Shown here piece by piece: positions 22,134-34,909 of a stretch of 64,000 nt of DNA (positions are counted from its first letter, which is position 1; each line of letters opens with the position of its first letter). The stretch covers positions 5,086,001 through 5,150,000 of the forward strand of contig NC_058383.1 of assembly GCF_018350175.1 (NCBI RefSeq). The letters run 5' to 3'. Source of the stretch: Felis catus. Taxonomy: Eukaryota. Below the pieces are notes generated by a model that had not been told where the DNA came from, ran no database searches, and was given only the letters and a program-made list of their open reading frames with translations. The position numbers and the translations under genes were made by a program.

Positions 22134-24241
22134 TCACGTTTTCTCAGTCTTTAAAACAATTTTTTTGGGGGGTGATGGTGACTTCTGGAGTGCCTGTAAC
22201 GGTTTCCTAGTATCATTTGCATCCTATAATCCAGGTTACATGTATAAAAAGGAGAGAGGAGTGTTTTGGTTTCTTTAATGTCATTTTTCTCAATACGTTA
22301 AAGTCATCTATTTGATTCAAGGTCAAAGTCACATTCATTTTTCTTGTTCTTTGGTAAATGTGGATTAGATTGGTAACCGAAAGGAGTTACTAAGCGGCTC
22401 AGATGTCAATGGAATATGTGCGTGGGTGAACTTGGACAAACATACACAGTGGTTTGTTAGACCTGCCCTCATATGGAGGTGATTAAGAATTTTATTTTAA
22501 TATGTGGCCATGGCTTTATAAAGAAACGAGCTTCAGAATTGGAAAATTTAGTAAGACAAACTTTATTTACATATTACAAAAGAGAAGCTTTTGCTGCCAG
22601 GTTCTCGGATGAAGAACAAACCTGAAATCTCTTAGGAATGAGTCCCCCCTCCTCCCCACCCTTCTTCTCCCCCCCCTTCTCCTGCCCCCTTTTTCTCTTC
22701 CCCCTTCTCCCCCTTTCCTATAGGCTTTAAACTTTTTTTTTTTTTTTTTTTTAGGCTTTAAACATTTTTAACTTTGGCCGCAGCTGAGACTAATACAGGA
22801 TCCAGCTGTAACTTTTTTGTTGTTGTTAGTATATCCGGTGATGGTCATAGCGAACTCATTGTATGAAAATTCAGTAAAGGAAAAGGGCAGGGTGGGAAAA
22901 AAAGTGACACTCCATAAAAGTATTCAAGAAACAGCGACAGGATCTAGGAGTCTCCCTTTCAGACGGCTGATTCAGATTCCACCCTGAAGCACTCACTTTG
23001 TTTGTGGCTAGTTGAGTAGGTGTTTTAGGTTTTCCTTCTTAATCATATTACATGTACAGCCGTGTAACCAGAGAGTATCTGCGAGGCTGAGTCTTGTTTT
23101 CAGGGGGAGGCAGAAAGAGTAGCCTCGTGAACCCAGACACCCGACCCCCCTGCTGTGACACAGGGCAGGGGCTCGGCGGGCAGGACACGGTTCCAGCTGG
23201 CGCAGGGGTGGCAGCGGTCTGCAGAAGGGAGCGGAGCTCGCTCTCCTTAGGTCTGTTGGGCAGCACCTTGACCAGAGAGCAAGTAAGTGTGGAATCAGCA
23301 GTTCAGCCAAATTAAATCTCAAATTGGCAGGTCTGCCTCGATGTAATTACTCTAGAAGTTTTGTGTCTTTGATCAGCTCTGTCTTATGAGGACCAAGTAC
23401 ATATCATCACCCTGTCGCTGAAGGTGGATTATATGTTTCAAAATAGCTTTTGTGATAAGTGTAATTATCATAAGACCAGTGATTTTCACATACTTGTGTG
23501 TCTCAAGCATTTTGTTTTTCTTTTTTTCTTTTTCCTTTTTCTTTTTCCTTTTTTTTTTTTTTTTATGTTAAGGAGGTCAGATTTCTCCGATTTCTTCTAA
23601 TTGTAGCCAGACATCCTGTTTGGGGGCTATTTGAGACCAGGGCTGCCTGTGAAGAAATTATGCAGTCCTGTGGTAGTTTTCTGAGTTGCTCTTTTTAGAT
23701 TTGATTTTGTGAACAGGTTTCCTTGAAATGCCATACTCTATTTTTAGATGGTCTCTTTACATCTCTGTGGTTCTGGGCATCCGCAATAAACAGATTTATT
23801 ATTCAGCACAAAAATGCTGTTCAGTGCCCTAAGGCTGTTGAAACTTTATAGGAAAAAGCAAACCAGTGACAAGTTAGTGGATGTAATAAATGAGGACCAC
23901 TGAACACATTTAAAAAAAACCTTGTTCTCTTTCTCAGATCACTGCTGTATCTGGGCCGGCGTGAACGATATTTTGAAGAATCCTTTACACTAGGTGGGCT
24001 CAGTCTTCTGGGTTCTCACAAATTACTCCTTTCTGCCTCCCACTGAAAGGAACATTTTTGTAACCATTCAACAAACTTCCCACACTGCTCCTGTACCTCT
24101 GTCCTGCCTCATTTTTACTCAAACCGTCTTTTCCTTTTTTTTTTTTTTTAAGAATAGTCTGGTAGCTTCTTAGATTTATAAATGATTTGGCTTGCTGCTG
24201 TGTATGGTATCAGAGGCCCTTATATTCTTGAAGTAATGTTT

Positions 24242-24473
24242 TTTTTTTTTGTTTTAATTTTTTTTTCAACGTTTTTTATTTTATTTTTGGGACAGAGAGA
24301 GACAGAGCATGAACGGGGGAGGGGCAGAGAGAGGGAGACACAGAATCGGAAACAGGCTCCAGGCTCCGAGCCATCAGCCCAGAGCCTGATGCGGGGCTCG
24401 AACTCTCACGGACCGCGAGATCGTGACCTGGCTGAAGTCGGATGCTTAACCAACTGCGCCACCCAGGCGCCCC
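24242..24473 (-). mobile_element. Young felid SINE (SINEC_Fc)
   Basis: Perfect 14-bp TSD ttgaagtaatgttt (24228-24241, 24475-24488); CpG-rich body. Confidence 0.95.
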
Positions 24474-24559
24474 ATTGAAGTAATGTTTGATCTAACCAAG
24501 GTATTATGGGAGTCAGGGATTGCGAACCTTGGGACCTATTTGGTGATAAAGTACTTATT

Positions 24560-25200
24560 CTTTTGTTAAAAATTGAGCTGTAGTTCACATAACGTAGTAG
24601 TCAGCCCTTTTAAAGCATGCATTTCAGTGGGATTTCGTATATTCACAAGGTTGTGCAGCCACCACCCCCTGATTTTAGAACATTTTTTAAAAAAGATCTT
24701 ATTTATTTACTTATTTGGGGGAGGGAGGGAGTGGGGCAGAGGAGCAGAGGAAGGAGAATCTTTTTTTTTTTTTTTTTTTGAGAGAGAGAATCTTAAGCAA
24801 GCTTCATGACCCTGGGCTCATGACCTGAGCCGAAATCGAGGGGGACACTCAACCAACTGAGCCACCCCACATGGTGCCCCTTTAAAGATTTTATTTTTAA
24901 GTCATCTCTGCACCCAGCACAGGGCTCAAACTCCCAACTCAATGATCAAGAGTTGCAAGCCCTACCGACAGAACCAGCCAGGCGCCCTTAGAACATTTTT
25001 ATCACCTCGGAAGGAAACCCTGTCCCCATTGGCAGGTGTTCTCCCTGCACTGGCCACCAGGAATCCATGTGTCTATGGATGTGCCTGTTCTGAACAACCC
25101 AGGTAAATGGAGTCGTGTGGTATGTGTCTTTGTGTGTCTGGCTTCTTTCACGTGGTTGGTTCATCCATGTTGTAGCATGATTCAGGATAAAGAGCCTATA
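24560..25200 (-). mobile_element. L1MB-like 3' end interrupted by two CAN-SINEs (24688-24880, 24881-24987)
   Basis: aattgagctgtagttcacataac...atattcacaaggttgtgcagccacc; TSD ttagaacattttt around the SINE pair. Confidence 0.75.
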
Positions 25201-25924
25201 CTTTTCTCGTGGCACTGACACTGGGATCCGTTTTCATGTTGGGAGTGGCTGGAGAGAGTGCTCACCTGTCACGTGGTTGAATCTGAGGCTCGAGTGTTGT
25301 GTTCAAGGTTTTTAATGTGCATGTGTTTTCTTCCCGCTGGGAAAGTTGAAGTTGATTTTTAGCCTTATTATTTGTAGAAGGTCTGAATTGAATCCTTGTG
25401 TCGCAAGCCCCGACTTTATAGTCCTGCACGGTTGCATCGAAAGCAGAACCATGTTGTCTGCAGACAATTTTTACTCTCTAATGACTGGTCTACGGGTTCA
25501 AGAAATCAGATTTCCCAGGCAGCCATCCTGAAATCTGTTAAGAGAAGCCTGAAGGATCTATTTCTTGGGTTTGGTGAGGCTTTGCCAGGAGGAGCCCAGT
25601 AGTGGATGTGGGAGAACAAGGTCTCCTGAGTCCCCTAGTTCCCCTCCCAGCACACGACAGGACAGGAAGCCGTGAGAAATGCCAGCGGACTCTGGGAAGC
25701 CACCGTCAATAGAAGAGAGTTAGATGGACTTAGGGAAGAAACGAGAAATTGGAAGCCTGTCAGCAAATAAAGCAGAATCGGGGTGTACAGTCAGCGGGGT
25801 GGGCTCTGCTTGGGGGTGCGGCTCAGAGGGTGGGCGAGTGTGGACGCGTGCTATATAGACTTGGAGAGTTCCAAGTCATTGCTGCAGGCCTGAGTGTTCT
25901 CTCCCCCAGTCCTCCTTTCCCTTC

Positions 25925-26123
25925 TTGTTTGTTTGTTTGTTTTTAGAGAGAGCGCACATGAGTGAGTGGGGAGGGGCGGGGGGGGGGGGGGGAAGAAAAT
26001 CTCAAGCAGGCTCCATGGCCAGCATGGGACCTGATGCGGGGCTCGATGTCACGACCCTGGGATCGTGACCTGAGCCGAAATCAAGAGTTGGATGCTCAAC
26101 TGACTGAGCCACCCAGACGCCCC
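25925..26123 (-). mobile_element. CAN-SINE
   Basis: Body and head ...gagccacccagacgcccc. Confidence 0.88.
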
Positions 26124-26379
26124 ATCCCTTGTTTTCAGGCAGGCAGTTGATAGCATTTTAGGCGAATATTTCTTTACGGAGATTGTGTTCTCTGCCTGGG
26201 GAGGATTGGGGCTCCCTGGGTGTGTGTCTGCACCCCAAGGAAAGCTTTCTTATGTCCTCTGTCTTACGGAGGTGATTGCCTCAGCCTTTCCTCCTGGAGT
26301 GAAGCCTGTCAGTGGACAGGCTTGCTCGTGGGAACCAGCACAAAAGGGCCCTTCCCATTCAGGAAGGGATCTAGTGAGA

Positions 26380-28560
26380 AAAGGAACCTTCTGCAACACT
26401 AGAGGAAGCCACACAACCAGCCACAGCTCCTCTTTAAATATGCGCAGACCACAAGAACCTCCAGGCGAATGGAAAAAAAAAAAAAAACCCAAACTCCACA
26501 GCATGAGGGAGGAGACTTAGTGCCACATTTTTATAGGAAGAATGGCTGACCACAGAAGAACCAGAATTCTGAAATAGAACCTGAAACGTGATCCCGGGAG
26601 ACCTGTAGGGGCGCTGCGGCCGCCCCAGCCCTCCCCCCTCCAGTCACAGTCCCAACTGCAGGGGACTGAGCAGAAGGAATCTGGGAACACTGAACAGGGT
26701 GAATGGGACTGGGGCTGACTCATCACTGACTCCTGAGGGCAGGGTCGAGGGCAGGGTCTCGATCAGTGTGCGAGGCCGTGCTGTGGGCTCTGCCGACTTG
26801 GGGGAGCGGCGGGGGTGGGGAGGGGGGCGGCAGGGAGGCCTGGTGACGTGCAGCGGGCAGAGGAAGTGGGGGGCTGGGTTTGCCCCTCCGCAGCCCCAGT
26901 GTCTGGGACCAGGGACCCGGGGCGGCCGAGGACACGTGCGGCCTCCATGTGCCCAGATCCCGCAGCGCTCCTCCTGGGCTCCTCCCTGGCTCTGCAGCCA
27001 TCCTCCCTGGTGCAGTGGGCAGCACTCCATCTGTCTGGAGCAGAAGCCACGCCAGACGGAGAATCTTACACAGAAATGAGATCCCAGAACCAAACCCGGT
27101 TGCTTCACAGAGAAGCAGACTCGCAGGCTTGAAGTTCCCAGTGTGAATGGTCAGCCCTCCCCCGACAAGCTTACTTAGAGCTGAACAAACACACCAAACT
27201 CAACAGCGTCCTACGGAGAGCCAGTCATTCTGTTCTGGGGGAAAATTGGGCCTAGATATCATTGTTTAATAATAAATTAAAAAAACACACACAGAGCAAA
27301 CCCCATACAACAATCTGTTGCCAGAATAAAATGGGGTGGGGGTGGGGGCGAGGAATATACTTTTTGAGGCAGAGGAAAGTATGATTTTGAGGAAGGTTAA
27401 TTGTATAAACTAGGAGTAAATTTCAAGTTGAATCTGCTTTGTGCTGTTTCTAATAAAACTCGGGAAAGACTGACCTAAGTGACTGACAGGTGAGATAAGG
27501 CAGCCACCGGAACTGAGAGCTAGCTGGTTGGGAGGCAGGTAAAGCCAAATGCACAAGCTAAGAGAAGAAACTTGTAATGGTACCAAATGCATTCGCAGAA
27601 CTTTAAAACTCCCATTAGGATCCACCGAGAGCAGCATTTACAACGTAGAAAGTTAATTGGTGCTGTGATGTAGGTAAGTGTTCCTGAAGAAGCTGCTGAA
27701 AACAGATCATGGAAACAGTAGTCAGACCATGGGAAAAAGTCCCTTTGAGCCGGAAAAGAATACCAGCTGCATTTGTGTCGAAAAGGCTCATCATTCTGCA
27801 TTAGATAAAAGGGGGAAAAGGGCAAGTGGTTTGCTGGTGGAATTTTTAAATATCAAGACTAGAGTAACCTACAAACAGAAGGGGCGGAGGGAAGGACCCT
27901 TACAAAGAAGGAAAACGCAGGATGGTTTCAGGCTCTGCCGCGACATTGCCAGAAGACCGCGGATACAAGGTGTAGACTTTGGAGGTTGTGAGCAGGGCTG
28001 TAACGAAGAATGAAATAATCACGCTGAGTGTTGTTAATTTGTGAGGGCAACAGAAAGAGGTTCTCTGAAGGCAGAGAGGCCGGATCCAGCAGTTTGCCTT
28101 CGGTGGGAGTTTGCCCTGCCTTTGGACTTCAGTGAGCCGTGACGTGTCACCGATAGAACATCGGTGGATTTTTTTGTGAATAAAACTTGTTCAGAGGTGT
28201 ATTGCAATCCGCTAAAAGATTAATGGGAATAACTCTGGAAGGGAAAAGTTGTGATACAAAATAACTGATGTTGAATTGAAGTCATTTAAATGTAAATGTA
28301 AGTCTAAATGATAAATTCGGTCACAGATAAAAATTCAAATGTAAGTAATTCTTGCAAGGGAAAATACGTAGTGGGAAAAAAACCCCAGTTATTCAGTAAC
28401 AATACTATCAATCATAAATCTGGACAGAATCTGAGAAGTGGGGGGGGGGGTAGTAAAGATTCTACCTTTTCTTCTCACAAAGGGGGGGTATCTTTTTATT
28501 TCTGACATTGACAATAAGAGAAATACAGGTAGCAGTGTGGTTTTAAAAATTTAGAGTAGG
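26380..28560 (+). mobile_element. Probable ancient L1/HAL1 5' UTR-ORF1 remnant
   Basis: GC-rich 5' segment followed by A-rich decayed ORF1-like sequence; weak recognition only. Confidence 0.3.
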
Positions 28561-29059
28561 GTGTTGACATTGCACATCACAAGAGGGAGAAAAACATGTA
28601 AATTTTGATCATGGGATAAGGTTATGTCAGGTAAAAGTACCATGGTCTGGTTATGCTGTCTTCATTGGCTTTTAAAATTTATTTAGAGGACAGTTACCTC
28701 CTTAACCTTAGGCCCACATTTTGGAAAATCTTTAAGAAGCAAATGCCCTTTTTGGGAGGGGTTGGTGGGAGATGGTCCATTTTGCAGAGTTTATCTGTTG
28801 AGAAATTTGGGTCCTCTTGACTCATCCCTGTACTGTTTTTTGGAGTATTTGTACACAGATTCAGGAAGGTCTGTAAAGTGGAAAGGCTTGGGAAGGGTGG
28901 TGGTGTGGCAGGAGATAAGGTAAGGGGGGGTGGTCTGGAGTGGAGGCCACCCCCTCCCTCCCTTTTCTCAAAGGCAAACCTTCCAAGGCCCAGGAAGACT
29001 GAAGACGGGAAGAGGAGAAAGCCCTGGACTTCCCTGGTGGGGGCATCTTGGTGAGCTGG

Positions 29060-29700
29060 AGAGGCTGGTGTCCTTGGGGCCTGAAACCCTTACAATTTAG
29101 AATGCCCTCTTTAAGGAAAAGATGCAAAATTGGGTGTCAAAATGAAAATTTACTTAGAATGAAAAAGACGTCACAACAGCTTGTAAGTTAAAAAAAACCC
29201 ACAAACAAGTCAAAACACAGAAAAGTCATACAATCCTTTCTATTCTTGCAAAGACTATATAGTATCCCCCCCCCCCCCCCCCCATGTTTTGGGTTGCCTC
29301 CTCTAGCTGATTGAAGATCTCTTCACATGACAGGACAGTAATCTTGGAACATGCTTTACTGTAATAGCATGGAAAGATAGTTCAGTCTTTCTTCTAGGAT
29401 GGTTGAAAACATTTGTTTCATGATTGGTAATTTCGGGAAGTTTAAGATGTCAGTCATCAAGGGTGCCTGGGTGGCTCATTCAGTTAAGTGTCCAACTCTC
29501 GATCTCAGGTCAGGTCTTGATCTCAGGGTCATGAGTTCAAGCCCTGCTCGGGGCTCCACACTGGGCATGAAGCCTACTTTAAAAAAAAAAACAAAAATTC
29601 AGTCATCAGTTTTAAGTTTCCATTGTAATACAAGTTTTTTTTGTTTTTTGTTTTTTAAATTTTGAAGCTTTCCCCAGTCTTGTTTTTCTGGTTTTGGATT
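29060..29700. mobile_element. hAT-Tip100 (Zaphod-like) DNA transposon fragment with a short + strand CAN-SINE inserted (29460-29597)
   Basis: ggggcctgaaacccttacaatttagaatgccctctttaaggaaaag...gaaagatagttcagtctttcttctaggatggttga; SINE TSD tcagtcatca. Confidence 0.5.
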
Positions 29701-29719
29701 TTACCAGTTTTTCAGGTTC

Positions 29720-30480
29720 CTGGTCCCACATACCAGGCAATTTTCGGACACCAGCAGGGGTGTCTGGGAATTCAGCTCAGTTCTGACATTGTCCACCAGG
29801 AGACAGCATCTCATCTCACAGGTTAAGGGCTTGGTCCCACAAGACTGCTCCTTCCACATCAGAGGCCATTGGAAAGCCCTAGGCTGTCACCTGAGCTTCT
29901 CATCCCCCCATTACAGCCTGGGGGTTCCAAACGTCCCCTTTGTACGTTGTAGGTTCTCGGTTAATTTGCTAGAGCGGCTCACAGAGCTCAGGGGAACAGT
30001 TCCCTAGGTTCACTAGCTTATTAAGGGACATGATAAAGGATAGGCATCAACAGCCAGATGAAGAGGTGTGTAGGGCGAGGTCCCAGCGAAGGGGGAGCCT
30101 GGGGTATGGAACCTGGGGTGTGGCTCCGCGGCCCTGATGCCCCGAGTGTGGAAGCTCCCTGAAAAGGATCCAGAAACTGTCCTCTGGGGTTTTTATGGAA
30201 GCTCCATTACATGGTCGTGATTGATGAATCATTGGCCATTGGCTGATTCAACCTTCACCCGTCTCCCTGCAGGTGACGAAGAATGGGGACCCTAAAGTCC
30301 CAGCCCTCTGGTCATGCAGTCGGTCCTGCTGGCAACCAGCCTGTGCCCTCGGGTGAGGTCTAAGAGTCACCTTCGTTAACAACAAGACACTCATTTCCCC
30401 TTAGGGCTCTGAAGCGTTTTCAGGAACCATGGATGAAGTGTATCTGAGAAGTCTATTTTAGTCATCAGAGTGGCCATCAT
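29720..30480 (-). mobile_element. MER21-like solo LTR
   Basis: caggttaagggcttggtcccacaagactgc, aatttgctagagcggctcacagagctcagg, aacagccagatgaagaggtg and aatcattggccattgg match recalled MER21 motifs. Confidence 0.75.
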
Positions 30481-32220
30481 GTTTGATTTTTTTGAATGAT
30501 AAAACAGAGAATTATTCCGAAATTATACACAATAGTGATTGGAATGCATTTAAAAATTGCCTTGAGGTTGTGTTTGTGCTCCATCGGTTAATCATGACTT
30601 GTAGATGAGTATGTTCACCTGAAAATGTGTTTCCTGGGGCTGTTTTGTTGCTTAGCTGGCAGTTTTGTGTGTCATTTCATCTGTAAAGTCTGGAACGGCC
30701 AGACCTCATCCGGATGAGATGCGTCTGATTTATTGGACTGACCGAGTATGCAGGTTAAGCACAGGCTTGCTAGTTTAGGACTGTAGGTTTAAAACCTGTA
30801 AGTGTGGGAATTCTCCTAAATGTCTCACAATTAACACGGAAGGGGAACAGAGACAGTCTATTTATTACGTGTTGTATCACCAAGTAGTTTCCTAACAGAG
30901 AGTTTCCATTTCGATAAGACTGGGGAGAATCAGATCTTCTCTTTGAAAATTTACCCGTCCGACGAATGGAAAAATTTTCCACAGACAACCTTCTGACTCT
31001 GTCGTCCATCACCCTCGTTTCTGGTGCTGGGCCCTGGGAGACATACTCGTATGAAACCACCAGCCCTAACCATGCGTTGGTTCATCTTTTTGCCGCATAA
31101 GTAGGTACAGGGGGGCAGAGGGGGGAGTCTTCCCGGAAGTCATTGGTCCATCTGGGCCGGCCGGCTAACCCAGAGGCAGCTGAAGGCCTTGTGCGTCTCT
31201 ATCCCACGGGAACCCAGGCTGAATGTATCTGCACAGCAGCGTCCTCCTGGATCTACAAAATGCCCACCCCTGCCAGGGGGAGAGGAGCAGGTGGAGTCAA
31301 AAAAGTGGTCTTCACGCAGTCCAGCGTGCTGGAGGTTCAAGTGCACCGAGTGGTGACAAGCAGGCACGCTGCTGGCCAGACGGCCCTCAAGTGCTGGACT
31401 GAAGCCTGTGCTTCCTTAGCTTGGCTGTCACTGATGGCTAGTAGTGGTCAGACCTCAGAGCCAGACCCGGTTAGGCCAGGTGCTGCCCTCTGGAAGCCGG
31501 CTCCTCACCAACAGTAATCCAACAGTAATGCCCCCCCCCCCCCCCCCCCCCCCCGGCTCCCCTTCACCTCAGCAGCCGCTAGCTTGCTTTCTCCTGTCGG
31601 TAGCTGGAAACTCTCCTCTCTAGTTAATTCCTCAGGCCCGGCTTGTGGCTCTTTTGGGGGGAGGAGGAGCATTTTTGGAGCACCTGGAGTCAGCAGTGGG
31701 CTAGGCTTGTATCTTTTTAGGCCAGCTACCCCGGGATGGGACCTGCCCGCAGGCACAGGGATGGGAAGAGTGGAGCCTGCATGGACTCTGGTCTCACTCA
31801 CAGGAACCCAGTCGTCTGGTTGGAGGCTGGACTGGTGCCCACGGTTCTGTCTGGAATCCCAGGGCGGGAGGCAGCAGCCTCCGGGAGTTGTAGGGTCGGG
31901 AAGGAGTTTGGGAGGAAGCGGGCATGGTGGTGATGTAGCACGACTGAGAATTACTGTCGATGGAAGCTTCTTGCTCAGTTCTTGAGCTCACCCCCTTTGG
32001 GCCTCCTTTATTGGAAACGGGAACACGCCTGGGCTGTGGGTGCTTTTGTTCGTGTAGGGAAGTGTCCCTGCTGCATTCCCTCCCTTCCTTTGCAGAAAGG
32101 TTGTTTATTGCACTCGTGTGAACAGACAGGAGCCTATTCTCTTGCCCATCCTGCTTCTTGGAAGTGAGCTTCTTGTCTGTCCCTACAATGTTTGTTTATG
32201 CAATTATAATAAGAAACGCA

Positions 32221-32315
32221 GGGGCGCCTGGCTGCCTCAGTCGGTAGTGTGCGTGAGACTGTCTTGGGGTTGAGTTTGAGTCCCACATTGGAGGTAGAGG
32301 TTACTAGAAAAAAAA
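32221..32315 (+). mobile_element. Short CAN-SINE (SINEC_b-like)
   Basis: ggggcgcctggctgcctcagtcggtag...gtagaggttactagaaaaaa. Confidence 0.75.
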
Positions 32316-32499
32316 GTATGTATGTAAATTCTTACTGATGCTTTCTCTTACACTTTGTCTTTTTCATTTAATTTCCTGGTAATCCTTACCTATTGGTACC
32401 TAAAGCTCTTCCTTTTTTTTTTTTTTTTTTTTTTTTAATCCCCGCCCCCCCCCCAACCTGTCCCTGCTAATCATGGCCTCAGTTGCGATTTTTTTCCTT

Positions 32500-32512
32500 T
32501 GTCTTTCTTTCC

Positions 32513-32575
<63 letters not shown>

Positions 32576-33335
32576 TGTGTTTAGTATAATTTATTGTCAA
32601 ATTGGCTAACATACAGTGTGTAAAGTGTGCTCTTGGGTTTCGGGGTAGATTCCTGTGGTTCTTTGCTTACATACAACACTCAGTGCTCATCCCAACAAGT
32701 CCGCTCCTCAATGCCCATCACCCACTTTCCCCTCTCCCACACTCCCCCATCAACCCTCAGTTCTCTGTATTTAAGAGTCTCTTATAGTTTGCCTTCCTCT
32801 CTCTCTGTAACTATTTTCCCCTCCCCCTCCCCCATGTTCTTCCATTAAGTTTCTCAAGTTCTGCATATGAGTGAACACATAAGGTATCTGTCCTTCTCTG
32901 ACTTATTTCGCTCAGCATGATACCTTCCAGTTCCATCCAGGTTGCTGCAAATGGCAGGATTTCGTTCTTTCTCGTTGCCAAGTAGTATTCCATTGTGTCT
33001 ATAAATCACATCTTCTTTACCCATTCATCAGTTGATGGACATTTAGGCTCTTCCCATAATTTGGCTATTGTTGAAAGTGCTGCCATAAACACTAGGGTAC
33101 GTGTGTCCCTGTGTATCAGCACTCCTGTATCCTTTGGGTAAATTCCTAGTAGTGCTATTGCTGGGTCGTGGGGTAATTCTGTTTTTAATTTTTTGAGGAA
33201 CCTCCACACTGTTTTCCAGAGAGGCTGCACCAGTTTGCATTCCCACCAACGGTGCAAGAGGGTTCCCGTTTCTCCACAGCCACGCTAGTATCTGTTGTTT
33301 CCCGACTTGTTCCTTTTAGCCGCTCTGACCGGTGT
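32500..33335 (-). mobile_element. Carnivore/felid L1 3' end (ORF2 C-terminus + 3' UTR) with (CTTT)n tail
   Basis: Minus-strand ORFs [22 protein letters not shown]...KCPSTDEW and MEYYLATRKNEILPFAATWMELEGIMLSEISQ are L1 ORF2 C-terminal sequence. Confidence 0.95.
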
Positions 33336-33339
33336 GGTC

Positions 33340-34311
33340 TTTAAGCAGCTGCCTGATACTCTGTTGTGTGGATGCGCCACTTTGTTCCGCAGACACCTTG
33401 CTGGTGGGCGCTTGTGTTGTTCTGATCCTCTGATACTATGTTGCAGTGAGTAGCCTTGGGAATATGCCACTTATTTGCAAATGTATCTGAGAGAGGGGTT
33501 TTCAGAAGAGGTATTCCTGGGCCAAATGAATTTGAATGTTGAAAATGAATTTGAAATGTTGGTAGATGTTTATTTTTGCCTCCCACCAGCCACGCTGGAG
33601 ACTGCTGGACCCCACGCCTCGTTGAGAGCAGATGCTGGCCTTCTTCAGCCCGATGGGTCAGAAGGAGCTTCTCAGGTTCTCATTAGCTTTTCTCATCATC
33701 TGGTGGTTTATCTAGTGGGCCCTTGGTCTTTTCAGCTTCTAGAAGGTCAGTTCGAGGAACTAGTTCCCACGGATTGCAAATGTTATCTCCCGATTTGCCG
33801 TTTCTCTTGTGACTTTGCTTCTGACTTTTTGGTTTGCTTGATGTTTTTATTTCGTCTTGCTGTGAGGAAGAGGTTTTTATGCAAAGGTGTTCATTTCTGT
33901 TCTTTGGTGGCGTCTGAACTTGGAGTCCTGCTTAAGAAGGACGTCCCCATTCCAAGATGATAAAGGAGTTTGCCCATGTTATCTGTTTTGTGTTAGAGTT
34001 AATCTCCGGAGATTTGGAGTTGATCCTCATGTATGGTTAAGGTATAAATGCAGTTGTATCTTTTTCCCCTAAAGGCTGTTATCGTCTCAACACCATTTAT
34101 TAAAAAGGTGATCTTTATCTTGCTGCCTTTATCATATACTGAATTTCCATCTGATTTGAGCCTTTACTGGTCTTACTTTCCTGTTCCCTTGGTCTGTCTC
34201 TTTTTAGGCCAGTACCTCTCCCGGTTCCTTATGCAGCAGATGATATTTTAGTATCAGGATTAGTCTTATCCCCCACATTTTTCTTCCTTTTCAGAATTTT
34301 CCTGGCTGTCC

Positions 34312-34342
<31 letters not shown>

Positions 34343-34760
34343 TATTTTTAAGGAATCTCTACCCCCAGTGTCGTGGGGGCTCAAACTCACAACCCTGAGA
34401 TCAAGATCCCCACACTCTGACTGAGCCAGCCAGGTACCGCTGTTATTTGCTCGTTTTAACTTAGGATCTTTAGAATCTGCTAGTCTACCAACAGAAAATA
34501 AAACAGCTGGTGTGTTGAGATTGCATTAAATTTATAGATTACCTTGGGGAGAATGACCTCTGTCATGTTGCATCTTTTTATCCAAGAACATGGTATGCCT
34601 TTGGATCAAACCTGTTAATGTTCAAGGGCATGTTCAAGTTTTCCTTCCACTTCCTTAAGTTTTTGTGCACTTACTATTAAATTTATTTATGTATATCTAA
34701 TGTCTTTCTGCTGTTGCCATTGAAGTACTCTTTTCCGTTTATTATGTAACTAATTATTTG
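33340..34760 (-). mobile_element. Old L1ME-like ORF2 fragment with a short CAN-SINE (34312-34437)
   Basis: Decayed antisense ORF2-like text (tgttgagattgcattaaatttatagattaccttggggagaatgacc). Confidence 0.55.
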
Positions 34761-34801
34761 GGGCGCCTGGACTAGCTTATAAAATTGTTTTATTGTTTTT
34801 A

Positions 34802-34859
34802 TTTAAAATTTTTTTAAATGTTTATTTATTTTTGAGGGGGAGAGTGTGAGCAGGGGAGG

Positions 34860-34909
<50 letters not shown>

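Noticed and set aside
30705..30718. Perfect 14-bp palindrome ctcatccggatgag
   Set aside because: A few palindromes of this length are expected by chance in 64 kb (64000/4^7 is about 4), and there is no supporting context.
32811..33257. ORFs with a recognisable protein sequence ([12 protein letters not shown]...), also at 48652-49244 and 62997-63987
   Set aside because: L1 ORF2 C-terminal remnants with frameshifts and stops in truncated copies; not host genes and not autonomous elements as seen here.
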